The notes under the pieces: generated by a model
What the model was told of the DNA's origin: nothing
Databases searched by the model: none
What the model saw: the letters and a program-made list of their open reading frames with translations, nothing else
Position numbers and translations under genes: made by a program
Shown: one piece after another, positions 36,123-48,148 of the stretch
How the letters are laid out: each line of letters opens with the position of its first letter
Numbering within the stretch: the first letter of the stretch is position 1
Source of the DNA: Azolla caroliniana
Lineage: Eukaryota; Plantae; Polypodiophyta
Assembly (NCBI GenBank): GCA_043228905.1
Contig: JBHGNT010000009.1
Coordinates: forward strand, 14,880,001 to 14,944,000
Reading direction: 5' to 3'
Length of the DNA: 64,000 nucleotides

Positions 36123-39100
36123 TCACGTGATACGTGTGAAAGTGAGTAGTGACTCTCGATGTTCAAGAACTTTACCAATGAATGTTGCAATCGAGAGTGC
36201 ACATTGTGGTTGTGAAAGGAATTCATGCAAAGATTGGGCTCGATCGAAGAGATGTGGAAAGCATGGTCGAATATGATCAAAGGCAGAGCATTGTATCAAA
36301 GTGTGATACTCAGACTCGCGAACTTGTTTAGGGCAAAGTGTGCATAGCCGACCACTCTCATCACTTGTACCCCAACGCCCTGTTTCACATCGCAATGCAT
36401 GTGAGCTAAGTCGCATGGAAGCAATGGTTCGAATGGAAGATAACGGTATGGGCTCTAACATGTATGGATGTGTACGATTTCCCCGTTCCGCAAAGAATAT
36501 GGTTTTGTAGTTAGGTGCAACATGTGTAGTATAATGTGTGAAGCGTGAGCCTCCAAATTTGTCCCATGTCATGATACATTGGCGTTGCAAAAATGCCTCA
36601 TTTACAGAGGAATCTAATGATGCATCACGAAGCAAGTGTCTTGCATCCCATCTACCAAACCATTTTTCTATATCTTGCATCCAACTGGAACACAAAATTT
36701 TGCTTTTATGCGTCTTTTGGATCTTTTTGCTTGCTTCCCATGCAATTCTAGGAAGTCGATGTGAGGGACTTTTTTGAACCTTAAGCATGTATTCAACAAC
36801 CCTTTCCATGGCCATGATCTCAATGGGAAGCGATCCTGTCTCAAGGAGGAGGAGGGTGTAGGGCGTTTGTTTCTTAACTTGTAGAAACTTGGTAAGAAAA
36901 TGCTTTTGGACATTTTCAAACTCTTTCCACATAGATTTAGGGATGCTACCGCCCCATACTTCCACCCCATAGAGAAGAACCGGTGTCACCAAAGTGTCGA
37001 AAAGATATTTCTTGAAGACCCAACACTTAATATCTCCAAGATTGCATGTGTTCTCAAATGCATAGTATGCTCGCTTGCCCGCCTCTAAGCGGCGTGTAGC
37101 ACATTCATTCCATCTATGATTTGAAGGAACTTCAAGGCCAAGATATTTGAAGCTTTCCACACATTCAAGTGGCTCATTGTTGTACATAATGCATGGTTTA
37201 TCTCTTTTTTGGCTCTTCACAAGCATAATCTTTGTTTTAGAGCTATTGACACTTAATTTAGTATGCATGCAAAATTTTTCCAATGCCTTCATAAGCTTTT
37301 GTGCATCTCCTAAAGTATTTGCAAAAAGCACTACATCATCTGCATATAGCAAAAGCATAATCACAACATTCCCAATGGCAACTTCTGCAACACATTCTTC
37401 CTTTGCAAACTTGGTAACCATTTCTTCCAATTCATCAATGCATAGACCAAATAGTGTTGGTGAGAGTGGGCATCCTTGCTTAACACCAATAGTGCTTTTG
37501 AAAAAATTTGAAAGTTTATCTCTCATGTGCACACAACATATAACCTTCTCATAAATTCGGGAAATTGCAAGCATATATTCACTTGGCACCTCAAGTTCTT
37601 CCATTCGCCTCCAAAGATGCTCACGAGGTACCATATCAAAAGCTTTCTTGAAGTCTACAAAGCAACAATATAAACCTTTACCTCTAAGGCGACTTTCCTC
37701 CATTAATACTCGAAGGGTGATAAGGTGATCAATGGTGCTATGGTGTTTCCGAAAGCCAGCTTGTCCATAAGCTCTCTTACCACTTTTTTCAGCCCATACA
37801 CTTATCTTTGATTCCATTATACATCCAAATAGTTTTGCCATTAATGAGCCAACCATGATGGTTCGATAGTTGTTTACATTATTTATATCTCCACCTTTAT
37901 GTAAAGGTTTGATCCAATTTGTAGTCCAATCGTACGACATACCATGTTGCAATGCATCATTAAACATATCGCTTATCCATATATGTGCTTCCTTTCCCGT
38001 CCATTTGAGCATTTCAGCCTTTATACATTGAAGATCGCTTGCCTTTCGAGAGGCCAATTTCTTAAGTCCTATGCATATATCTTCAATTGTAAAGAAGGGA
38101 GGCATATGTGAAAGAGAACCATAACACATCATCTTTCCGGAAAGAGATAACTCATATAAATTCTTACAATGCATAGACAAGTCGTGAAGAGTTAAGTCAC
38201 CATAACTCTCAACACGTTTTCCCTTTAGATTTCCCCAAAATTTAGCACATGCATGTGCTTTCTCTTGCGTTTGGATAAATTGTTGAGTAACTTCCCATAT
38301 TCTTCTCTTTCTTTGAATAAGCCTTTTATACTCATGCAAATGCTTTTGGTAATTCTCTTTATCCTTAACTACATCCAAAACCATAAGGCACTTTCGAGCT
38401 TCATGACATTCTTTATCAAACCATTTTTTCCTAAGTTTCTTGGTGCATTTCCAAGATGTGCGGTTGGTCGAAAAACATTTGTTTGTACATGAGAGAATGA
38501 CTTTCTTGAAAGCTTCCCATTTGCATTCTAGTGTGGCACCATGTTGTATCTTTGTCATTTGTAACATATCCTCAACCATCTTGGAGTACATGGGTGCTCG
38601 CTTAAGGTTCATGCTCAAGTGCGGTTGTTTATTATCTTCAATAGCCTTCTCACAATCAAACCTATGCATACATTTGAGATCAATACATAAAGGCCTATGA
38701 TCGGATTCCGGTGTCCATTCACCAAGTGAGAATTTATGTATACGATCCAAAATACCTTCGGAAAGTAGCACATAATCAATCACACTATTTCCGTTGTGTT
38801 TTCTACATGTAAAACCATTAGTGTTGGGCCATAAGGAAATACCATTTGCAATAAGCAATCCGGTACTATTGCACATTTGTAGGAGTAACTTCCCAAATTG
38901 GTCTGGATCTTTTTCATCGCTAGAAGAGCGGTTATACATTTGCATATCCTCTTGCATCCTTGAGATATGTGGCATGAAAGATTCTTGTGAATCAAGTTGG
39001 AAACTTCTTGTACGAGCATTCATGTCACCAAAGACAATAACTTCCCCTTTGGATTTGAAATAAGAAATATCATCTTCTAGATTGGCAAACGGTTGATCTT

Positions 39101-39504
39101 TATCCAAACAAGCATAAAAGTTAGAATCTTGATGAGGAATGTAACATCCAACTACAAAAGTGGGCAAATAATTAGGTGCTTCTATTTTGAGCCATATGTA
39201 GCATTTATTTTCATCATTTTTTTATGATTGACACATATTTCTCTATTTCCTTCTTAATCAAACATGCCACCCCTCCTTGTCCTCTTCTTTGTCTTGGATT
39301 TTTCTTCCATATCAAAGAGTGTACATTATAGTTTCCTAAACCTTGAATCCTTTGAGTATCATGCTCCCATGTTTCAACAAGAAGTGTGATATCCGAGTCA
39401 TCGGTGAACTCCTCTATGCCAAATCCTGCATTCCATGGGTATCCATTGCAATTCCAAAAGCATAGTCGTAAAAGTCGTGGGTTAGTCTCATAGATCACGT
39501 GTCC
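36123..39504 (-). CDS. LINE ORF2: AP endonuclease, reverse transcriptase, C-terminal Cys/His motif; one 1-nt frameshift in the T7 run 39217-39223
   Basis: FWNCNG, VETW, GGVA, GDMNAR, IDY, SDH (APE); FVDFKKAFD, QGCPLSP, YADD, FKYLG (RT); RLSSHAL..ETGRW..CTLC..HTLIQC. Confidence 0.9.
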
Positions 39505-40059
39505 CTATTTGCCTACATTGCCATCTTTAGGCACATCCTTAACCTTGTTTTTCAATCTTTCTTCATATGCTTTACGACGAGCATTTTGTTGTGAGATAGT
39601 GCGATCTTCACTCACAAAGCATTGTGTACCTTTGAGGTATACCCAACTATTTTCGAGTATGATCCGCCGCTTTGTATCATCTGTCATTGTGCATACAATA
39701 GGCCTTTCTCCGGAGCGAGTAACACCATGTTTCCCAACTCGGTGTGCCCCATATACATTCACATCTGACATCCCATAATGCATGCTAAAAAATTCACCAA
39801 TGGCCTTTCCAAGGGATGCGGGTGTTTCAATACTCTCTTCTTTAATCCCACTGACAACAATGTTCTTTGATCGTCGTTCACGTTCTTTCAATTCTCGAAC
39901 ATCTATGTTTTCTATATTCTTCTCTTGATACATCACATGCATATTAGATGAGTTTGATAGCATATCCCCACCACATACATCGGCCCATGACTTCGTTGTA
40001 CATACATTTTTCATCTCACTTACATCCCGCCTCATCCACTTACATCCCGCTTCATGCAT
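39505..40059 (-). CDS. LINE ORF1 (L1-type RRM/CTD-like; probably 5' truncated)
   Basis: ERERRSKNIVVSGIKE..AHRVGK..RPIVC..LKGT..VSEDRT..RR pattern typical of LINE ORF1 proteins. Confidence 0.8.
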   Translation of the reverse strand: MHEAGCKWMRRDVSEMKNVCTTKSWADVCGGDMLSNSSNMHVMYQEKNIENIDVRELKERERRSKNIVVSGIKEESIETPASLGKAIGEFFSMHYGMSDVNVYGAHRVGKHGVTRSGERPIVCTMTDDTKRRIILENSWVYLKGTQCFVSEDRTISQQNARRKAYEERLKNKVKDVPKDGNVGK

Positions 40060-40061
40060 AT

Positions 40062-40118
<57 letters not shown>

Positions 40119-42467
40119 AGATATGCGAAGCGAGAAGGAGAGATATAGAACGTAACACTTGATTTCAATAACAAGAGATTACAACGACAAGAGAATACAA
40201 GGGGGTTACAAGAGAATATGACTCTTACGGTTACAACCGACGAGGCGGCGATGGACCCGACACAAGGATCCTACTCACACACATAGACAGCGAGTCGACT
40301 CCTAGAAAAAACAAAGGGGGGGGGGGAGAGCCTCTGTTGGAAGCGCACGGGTTGTCCACAAATTAGAGGCAGCGAGCTCCCGACCCACAAAGACCGACGG
40401 CCGGAGGAGAAGAGAGAGCTCGACACTCAGATTTGTAGCAACACTTCGTCCTCCCTAGCGCGCGATACTTGCTCCTTCCTCCTCTCCCTCCTTAAATAGT
40501 TCCCCAAAAGGGGGTGCCCCCCCTTTTCCTTAGCCAAACTGCTTTATTCCCTGTCCCTATCGATAGAGATACGCACAAAATCCCCTAATAAATGTGCACT
40601 ACCTAGTATTTACACCAGTCGCCCTAATTACGAATATATCAATCCTCGCATCCACCCGTGTAAGAGCAGGTTCATGCGCCTTTTTCTTCGATTCCGCCTA
40701 TGGCCGGTTTTCTTCACGACACCGGTCCGCCCACAACGTGTAAGGTATGGCGCCATGGTCAATTCCCGACCTGCCCTTCACACACTCGCACCAACGCCTT
40801 CACGATTGGGCCGTACCCTCGTTCTACCTTCCCGTTCGCCTTTGGGTTGTATGCCCTAGTGTGGGAGAGGTTGACCCCTAACCGGTTGAACAGTTCTTCG
40901 GCTTCCTACGCATCCAGCTCCCCCCGATCTACCATGATCTTTCCTACGCACCTGTACCGGCACACCACCTCCTCAGTCAAGAATCGGCACACCGCCACGG
41001 TCATCTTCTTCTGTAGTACACGACCCTCTACTTGGTTCGTTAAATCTTCTCGCGCCAATACTAGGTACCGCATCTGTCCTACCCCCATCGACATCGTCAC
41101 CAAATCTACCATCCACTTGAAATGGACGGTTGGGGGGTAGGTCGAGTGCAACTCGTCTCGATGCCGGATCGTGGAGTGCATTTAGCAGCTCTCCCACGTC
41201 GTCACGAACCGGTGCGCATCCCGGTATAGCCCCGACCACCAATACTTCTCCTTTAGCTTCTCAAATGTGGCCCAAGTCCCGCGGTGACTGGCCCAAGGAC
41301 TCTCATGGTATGCCGCTGTCGTGAAGATTTTCGGCAATAGTGTGAAACTTGTAATGAACATATGACATCGAGTGTGGTTCTTCTCACGAAATATAAAACA
41401 ATAATAGTAAAGATACTATTTTAAATAAGTTTAATATCTTGGTACAAAAAGATGGAGGTCTTGAAGAGCTTCTGAATGTACTTTACTACGTCGGAAACAG
41501 ACATCTAAATGTCAAGTTATGTGGGTATGAAGTTTGTAAAGAAGAAGAGAAGAATATGTGATATCCCACATAGATAGGACAAATAAGGAACCCACCATAT
41601 ATAATGCAGAGCAAAAGCTATTATCTTTATGTCCATGTGTGGAGCATAGAAAGGTTAAGTTATATGACTTAACGAATGGATGTAGCCAAATGCATATAAT
41701 TATGTGTTTTGGACGAATCCGGCAACGACAACCGACGACGGTGTCCGACGATGGCGACTGACGGTGACCGGTGGGATTCGGCATCCGACATCACCCGGCG
41801 ACCGCGACCGACGGAGCCGACGAGATGACGACCGGACGGAGAAATGCCTTGTAAAAATACATTAATAATAAAAAACATATATGTATGTGTATATTCAAAA
41901 GGAGTGCAAGGAAAGACTTGATCCTTGCACCTGCACCTCCACATTGAGAGTCTATAGACTTACCACTAGGCTATATCATTTCTTTAGAAATGTTTTTCGT
42001 GTCATTATAGTTTTACATGTAAATTCTCATATTAGAGCTTAATTGAGTGGGATGTGATGCATGAGCGCCAAATGGCAAACATGCATCACATGCATTCCAT
42101 GCATTGTATGCATGTCTTGTACCCTCACATGCATCATATGCATGGGTGCATCTATAAAAGGATGGATGAAAAGGATCAAAGGAATGTTATGTTTTGATTC
42201 AAGAATTTAAGAAGAAGTAAAATTCGTTCTCCAATTGATGATATATCTTGTCTCTTGAATCTAAAGTTAAAAGTTCGATCTTATCTCTCTTATTCTCTCT
42301 CTCTCTCTCTCGCCATCTCAATCTCTCTCCCTCAAACTATCTTAAATCCTTTCTCGCTAAAGCTAGTGGGTGCTTCGAGTCCTTCTGGTCCAGAACCTCA
42401 GCGGTTCCGCCTCACGATCCGCACATAGAGACGGATCTTCACGACATAATTAAGTGGTGAACCCGAC

Positions 42468-44705
42468 GTGAAAGAGGCGGCAGGAAGGATCAAATCGAGG
42501 ATCAACCGATACTTGGAGATGGCGTCCTCAAGCAATCAAGTGGGAGACTTTAAAAGGATGATGATGCTCGTCGAACAAATGATGAGATCTCGAGACAACG
42601 ATGCGAGCGTGGAAAAGGCCGTCGACCGTGTCGTGGAGCTCGAGGGTCAATTCAACGGAAGGAACATTACGAAGTTCCTTGATGCATACAAAAGGGAGAT
42701 GAATCAAAGGGACGTGTCTGAAGCACAACAAATCACAAGTTTCAAGAGAGTGGTCGCCAACAACATCGAAAGGCGCATCATTGAACTTCAAGAAGGGAAG
42801 ACAACATGGAAAATGATATTAGCGGAATTTGCGATGGAAAATTTGTTAAGGATGACTCAACATGCCTTGATGAAGTGGATAGAAAAGAAGAATAAGAAGA
42901 TGAACGCTTCGAGGGTGTACGATGAATTCGACCAAATGTTTCGTTGTCTCTCCGCCACAGACCAAGTGCTACTTGAGGAGGACAAAAATTTGTACTTCCT
43001 AAAGGTTGTGGATATGAAGGATAGACAAGAATTGGGGACTCTTCTCGAAGACGATACCCAAGCAAATGGGCTTGTAGCGGACTGGATCGCGGTGAAGCGG
43101 GCGTGCAATAGGCTCGACAAGCGTTGCCAATGGGTTGATGACATCGACTTGACGGGATTGACTGTCACGGAGAAAGCAAGACCGCCGAAAGTAGTTGAGG
43201 TGCCAAACCAAAGTAACGTGGAAGAAAAGAAGATTGGTGATGACATCATCGAAGAACTGGCGAAGAAGTTTGAGGCGGTCACACTAGCCAACATGAATCG
43301 TCGGGGCCCCAAAGGAAAAGAACCCTTTAGATGTGTGTGGTGCGATAACATGGACCACATGAGAAGGGATTGCGCGAGCCTTCGAGATGCCATTCGACAA
43401 AATATTGTGTACATAGATGACAACATGATCTGCTCGAGCAAGACTAGAATACCCCTACGGGTGAATTTTGGAAGAGGAGGAATGAAGTAAGCTATGGAGG
43501 ATGCCGATGCGACTCATGTGGATGCGATGCACTATGCTGCGTCGGCCGGAATAAGAATCGGGAAAGACAAGACTGAAGTTGCTAGAGCGGGAGAAAAGTT
43601 TTGGACTTCCGTTCTCGAATATGAGAAGAAGGGAAAAGTCACTTCGAACGAAGTAGAGCTTGCGGATCGAAGTGTACAAAGTATAACCGGATGGTCGGAT
43701 CCGGTGGATGACAACACCATACTCACGGAGGTGATGTGCGACAATCACGACGTGTTCGTCGAAGAAAAGAGAAAAAGAATAGAAGAGCAAGGCCCATCAA
43801 AAAGATATGAAACAAGGAACGCGAAAAAGAAGGAAGATGCGGAGACAAGTCGATCTTTACAAATGGAGGAAGGAGACGCTAGCCGAAAAGTGGAGTCGAG
43901 CAAACGAGTCGAAGAAATTGTTCGGCCTGTGAAGATTGGTGTCGAAGACCTTGCTCAAAAGACAAGGACTATGCCTACCTATAAGCTAAGGTCAGACATA
44001 GAGCAAATGACAGACCTAAAGAAGATTCTCGAGGAACGCGTTCTTGACAGCCACGTGACCTTGTCCTTGAGGGAATTACTCAGCATTACGAAGAAGGAGT
44101 TCCACGACACGATCATGGACCTTGTTAAGTGAAAAAGGCAACAATCGGACGAAGACGAAGAAAAGCCACTAAAAGCGAAAGCAAATGCCATAACGATGGC
44201 AAGAGAAGAAGTCGATGAAGAAATGGTGGACAACCACTATACTCGACCTCATTGGGCACGAGCGACAACGGAGACGCCGGTGAAGATCGGGGAGAAGAAA
44301 GAGACCGTGGTAGCCTTGATCGACCACGGTTCGGAGATCAACCTCATGTCAACCGACTTCTACAAAAAAGGAAGATGGCCGATCAATACAAATCATGGAT
44401 GGAAGATTCGTGCGACAACAAAGACTACAGAGGATTTGTATGGAGCTTGTCCCAATGTTAAAGTCACGATTGGGGATGTGGGGATGGATCAACTCTTCTT
44501 CGTGCAAGAATCGACGTCACATCCTATCATCCTAGGACAACCGTATATCACATCATCTCGGATGGAAACCAAAGTGTTCGACAATGGTGCGGCATTTGCT
44601 CGAATAAAGAGTCTTGACAACCAACGATTTGTTCAATTCCTAATGGTGCGAGCTAATCATGAAAGGAATTGAGATAGTCTTGGAGGTGAATCATCGGATT
44701 TTTAG
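42468..44705 (+). pseudogene. Gypsy-C gag-protease
   Basis: CVWCDNMDHMRRDC; IDHGSEINLM; premature stops consistent with C>T decay; ends GAT TTT TAG. Confidence 0.87.
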
Positions 44706-47700
44706 AGCGGACTATTGAAGCATGGGGCACAAATAGTCCGAGCGATCACAAATACCCACAAGAAAGAAGAGTGCGTGGATTGCGAGGAGAAGCAACATGT
44801 ATCACACCTAGTGGCACATGTAAACTAGTACTACTCGACAAGAAGGAGAAGCGTCGGATACAAGAATTCGAGAAGATGCTGAAAGAAGAAAACATAATAG
44901 AAGAAGAAGAGTTCGTGACTCATATTATGGAAGAAGCCTCATTTAACGACACCATTGGCGAAATCGAGGATGTCGTGGACTTGAGCTATCTTCCTGACCA
45001 ATGCATGATTTCAGTTAACTCCGTCAACATGTATGCTATCATCGATGAATAATATCGTGGCATCTTGATGGAGGAAGTTGAAGTCAACACAAAATATAAA
45101 ATGGTGGATAAGAAGATCAAGCCAGTTGTGGTTCCGCTACCAGAAGATAGCGGGCAAAAGATGAAGGAAGTCACTAACGATCCAAGCTTAAGAGATCCGA
45201 AGACGATAGGTCATATCTTCACCGAAGAGACGAAGGGAAAGTTACGAGTTGGAAGGGAGGATTTCCTCCTCCCTGAAGAAGAGCGAATGTTTCGCGACAT
45301 GGGAAGGCTTTCACATTTTTCCCACAAGAAATCGGATGTGCTGATCCAAGGACGATAGAGCCGATGGTGATCTTCACGGTGCCGCACGTACCTTGGAATT
45401 TGAAACCGATATCGGTTCCGAGAGCACACCTACTGAAGCTGATTGAGCTCTTAAAGGAGAAGGTGAATATGGGAATTTTGGAACCGTCGAATGCTCCTTA
45501 CTCTAATAGGTGGTTCACGGTGCCGAAGAAGAATGGATCATTGTGATTCATCCAAGATCTTCAACCCATCAACAAGGTGACAATTCGGAATGCCGGAATC
45601 GGTTCGAGCGTGGACGAATTTGCCGAAGCGTTTGCGGGGCGGTTCATCTACTCCATTGGCGATCTCTACTCTGGATACGACCAATTCCAATTGGCGATCG
45701 ACAGTCGTGACATTACAACCATGAGAACTTCGATCGGGCTCGTGTGGATGTGTACCTTACCACAAGGTGCAACGAACTCGGTGGCACATATGGTGAATGC
45801 CATGACCAAGGTCTTGAAGGATTGCATCCGAGACATCACGATGCCGTTCTTGGATGATATTCCGATAAAAGGATGTTCGGATGAGGAGAAAGATGAATTA
45901 AAAGATAAGGAAGGGTGTAGAAAGTTCGTCCCGGATCATATGAAGGATTGTGAGAAGGTGCTCCAAAGGCTCGAAGATGCGAATTTGACATTTTCGGGAG
46001 AAAAATCCGCATTCGGGCAACTAGAGATCTTGGTGGTAGGTCACTTGTCCGGAGCATACGGCCAGAAGCCTTCGCCATCCAAGGTGAACGCGATCCAGGA
46101 TATGAAAGAAGAATGCATAAACCAAATGGAGGTTCGAAGGCTCCTTGGAGCATGCGCATTTTACCCTATTTGGATTCCACACTATGCCCATGTTGCCGAG
46201 CCTTTATATGGGTTGCTAAAGAAAAGAATGAAGTTCGAATGGCGAGATGAGCACACGAAGGCGATGCGAAGATTGAAGAAACTACTTCTTGAAGCTCCAA
46301 CACTAAGAAAAGCCGACTATACCGAAGGAAAGCCGATTTATGTGACTGTAGATACGAGCCCAATCGGAATCGGGTGGGTCATCAAACAAGAAGGAGAAGA
46401 TACTACGCGGTGTGCCATCCGGTTCGGAGCAAAAGTTCTCAATGAACGACAACAAAGATACGCCCAAGTCAAGCGGGAACTTTGGGGTATTGTGTTGCAG
46501 TGAAGACGGACAAAGATTACCTGATCGGGTCGGAAGTGATAATAGAGACAGATTGTCTCCCAATCCTCGGAATGATATCAAGATGTGCTATGCTAAGGTG
46601 GATCGCCTATATCAAGTCTTTAAGTCCAGAGATCCTCCACATTGCAAGCAAGAAGAATGCCATGGCTAATATGCTGTCAAGGGCAAGATTTGAAAGTGAA
46701 AGTGACATGGTTTCGGAAGATGAAGACGTCACCTTCGACTTCTTCAAGATGGCCCGATTATCGGCGGAAGAAAAGGACATGCTAACCATCCACACCTTCA
46801 ACGAGTATGAGTATGAAGGAGAGTGGTTATTGATCGGCAGATTCTTAAGAACAATGACGACAGATGCTTCGTTGACAAAGGAGGAGGCTCTACCAATCCG
46901 GAAGAAAGCTTATGAATACTTCTTGAAGGGAGGATTCCTTTGGCGACACCTAAAAATAAGGATGGGAATACCACGCCGAGTGGTGGTGAAGAAAGAAGAT
47001 CAAGTGACGCTGATGACCGAATTCCACTAGAGTGCTTGGGCAGGTCATAGAGGAACATGGGTGACGTTCGAAAAGTTAAAGGAAAAGTACTGGTGGCCAA
47101 GCATGTACAAAGATGTACTCCATTTCGTGTCCACATGCGAAACTTGGCAAGTACATTCCAACATACGTCATCGTGATGAGCTACGACCGACATACCCGCT
47201 CACCATACACTTCAAATGGACGGTGGATCTGGTCTCAATGCCAATGGGAGCGGGACAAATGAAGTACTTAGCTCTGGCAAGAGAAGACTTGACAAATCAA
47301 GTGGAAGGAAGAGCCTTGACAAATAAGACGACGTCGGCTGGTTGCCAATTTCTACTCGAAGAGGTTGTTTGTCGATATGGATGTGTGGGAAAGATAGTCG
47401 CTGACCGAGGGGAGTTGGATGGACACGAAGCAATGGAGCTTTTCGAACGACTAGGCGTGAAGCTCTCCCTCACGACTGCCTACAATCCAGAAGTGAATGG
47501 GAAGATCGAGCGAGGGTTTAGGGTTTAGGGTGTGGACCTATTGTTAAAGACATCGTACGGGCATGCAACGGTCGAGTAGGGAATTGGGCCGACAGAACAA
47601 CACATAGCTCGGTGACGGGGTATATGCCAATGGAGCTTATGTATGGACAAAAGACGGTAATGCCCATCGAAAGGATGATTGCCTCATGGGTTGCGATACC

Positions 47701-48148
47701 ATGGGAGAACGAGATGAGCCGAGAAGAGTTATTAGCGGCATGGATAAGGCAACTTGAAAGGAGACCTGAAGATCTAGAAAAAGCGCAAAAGATGTTGGAG
47801 GCAACCCGAGTGAAGAACAAAATTCGGTTCGACAAGACGCATCGATTACATCCCAAGAAGATCGAAGAAGGAGATTGGGTATTGGTCTACGACAACAGCC
47901 TTGATAATCAACACAGTACAATAAGGAAGTTCGCAAGAAGATGGTTCAGACTGTATATAGTGATAAGTGCCAACGATAATGCAACATACCACCTTGCGGA
48001 GATAGATGGATCAAGGCTGGCCATACCCATTGCGGGGAAAAGAGTAAAGATTTTCAAGAAAAGACAAGACGAGGATCCTGACCTCGATCACCTCGATGAT
48101 GAAGGTAATAGAGCGGATATGAATGAAGATGTGGAAGAATCTGATTAA
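44696..48148 (+). pseudogene. Gypsy-C pol (RT-RH-IN) in the -1 frame
   Basis: DLYSGYDQF, FLDD, VDTSPIG, IVADRGEL; several stops and frameshifts. Confidence 0.9.

Larger units (their letters stand above)
36033..40062 (-). mobile_element. Non-LTR retrotransposon (LINE, RTEX-like), near intact, inside the LTR (CT)n microsatellite; (TCTA)n 3' tail
   Basis: ORF1 plus APE-RT-CCHC ORF2; (GATA)8 at 36033-36064; flanked on both sides by (GA)n that is uninterrupted in the sister LTR at 29664-29731. Confidence 0.93.
29600..40721 (-). mobile_element. Ty3/Gypsy element Gypsy-B (tRNA-Trp primed), in Gypsy-D integrase; 5' LTR split by a LINE
   Basis: 3' LTR 29600-30340, 5' LTR 35941-40721; TSD CCGG (29596-29599, 40722-40725); PBS TGGTGAACCCGACGTGAA 35936-35919. 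Confidence 0.95.

Noticed and set aside
36124-36131. Second pairing of ATCACGTG at the ORF2 end with CACGTGAT after the ORF1 stop
   Set aside because: Only 8 bp, mostly a palindrome, and incompatible with the 15-bp duplex; may be chance
40060-40158. N-terminal SLSLSL extension of LINE ORF1 in the ORF track
   Set aside because: Read-in from the host LTR (CT)n tract; not part of the LINE
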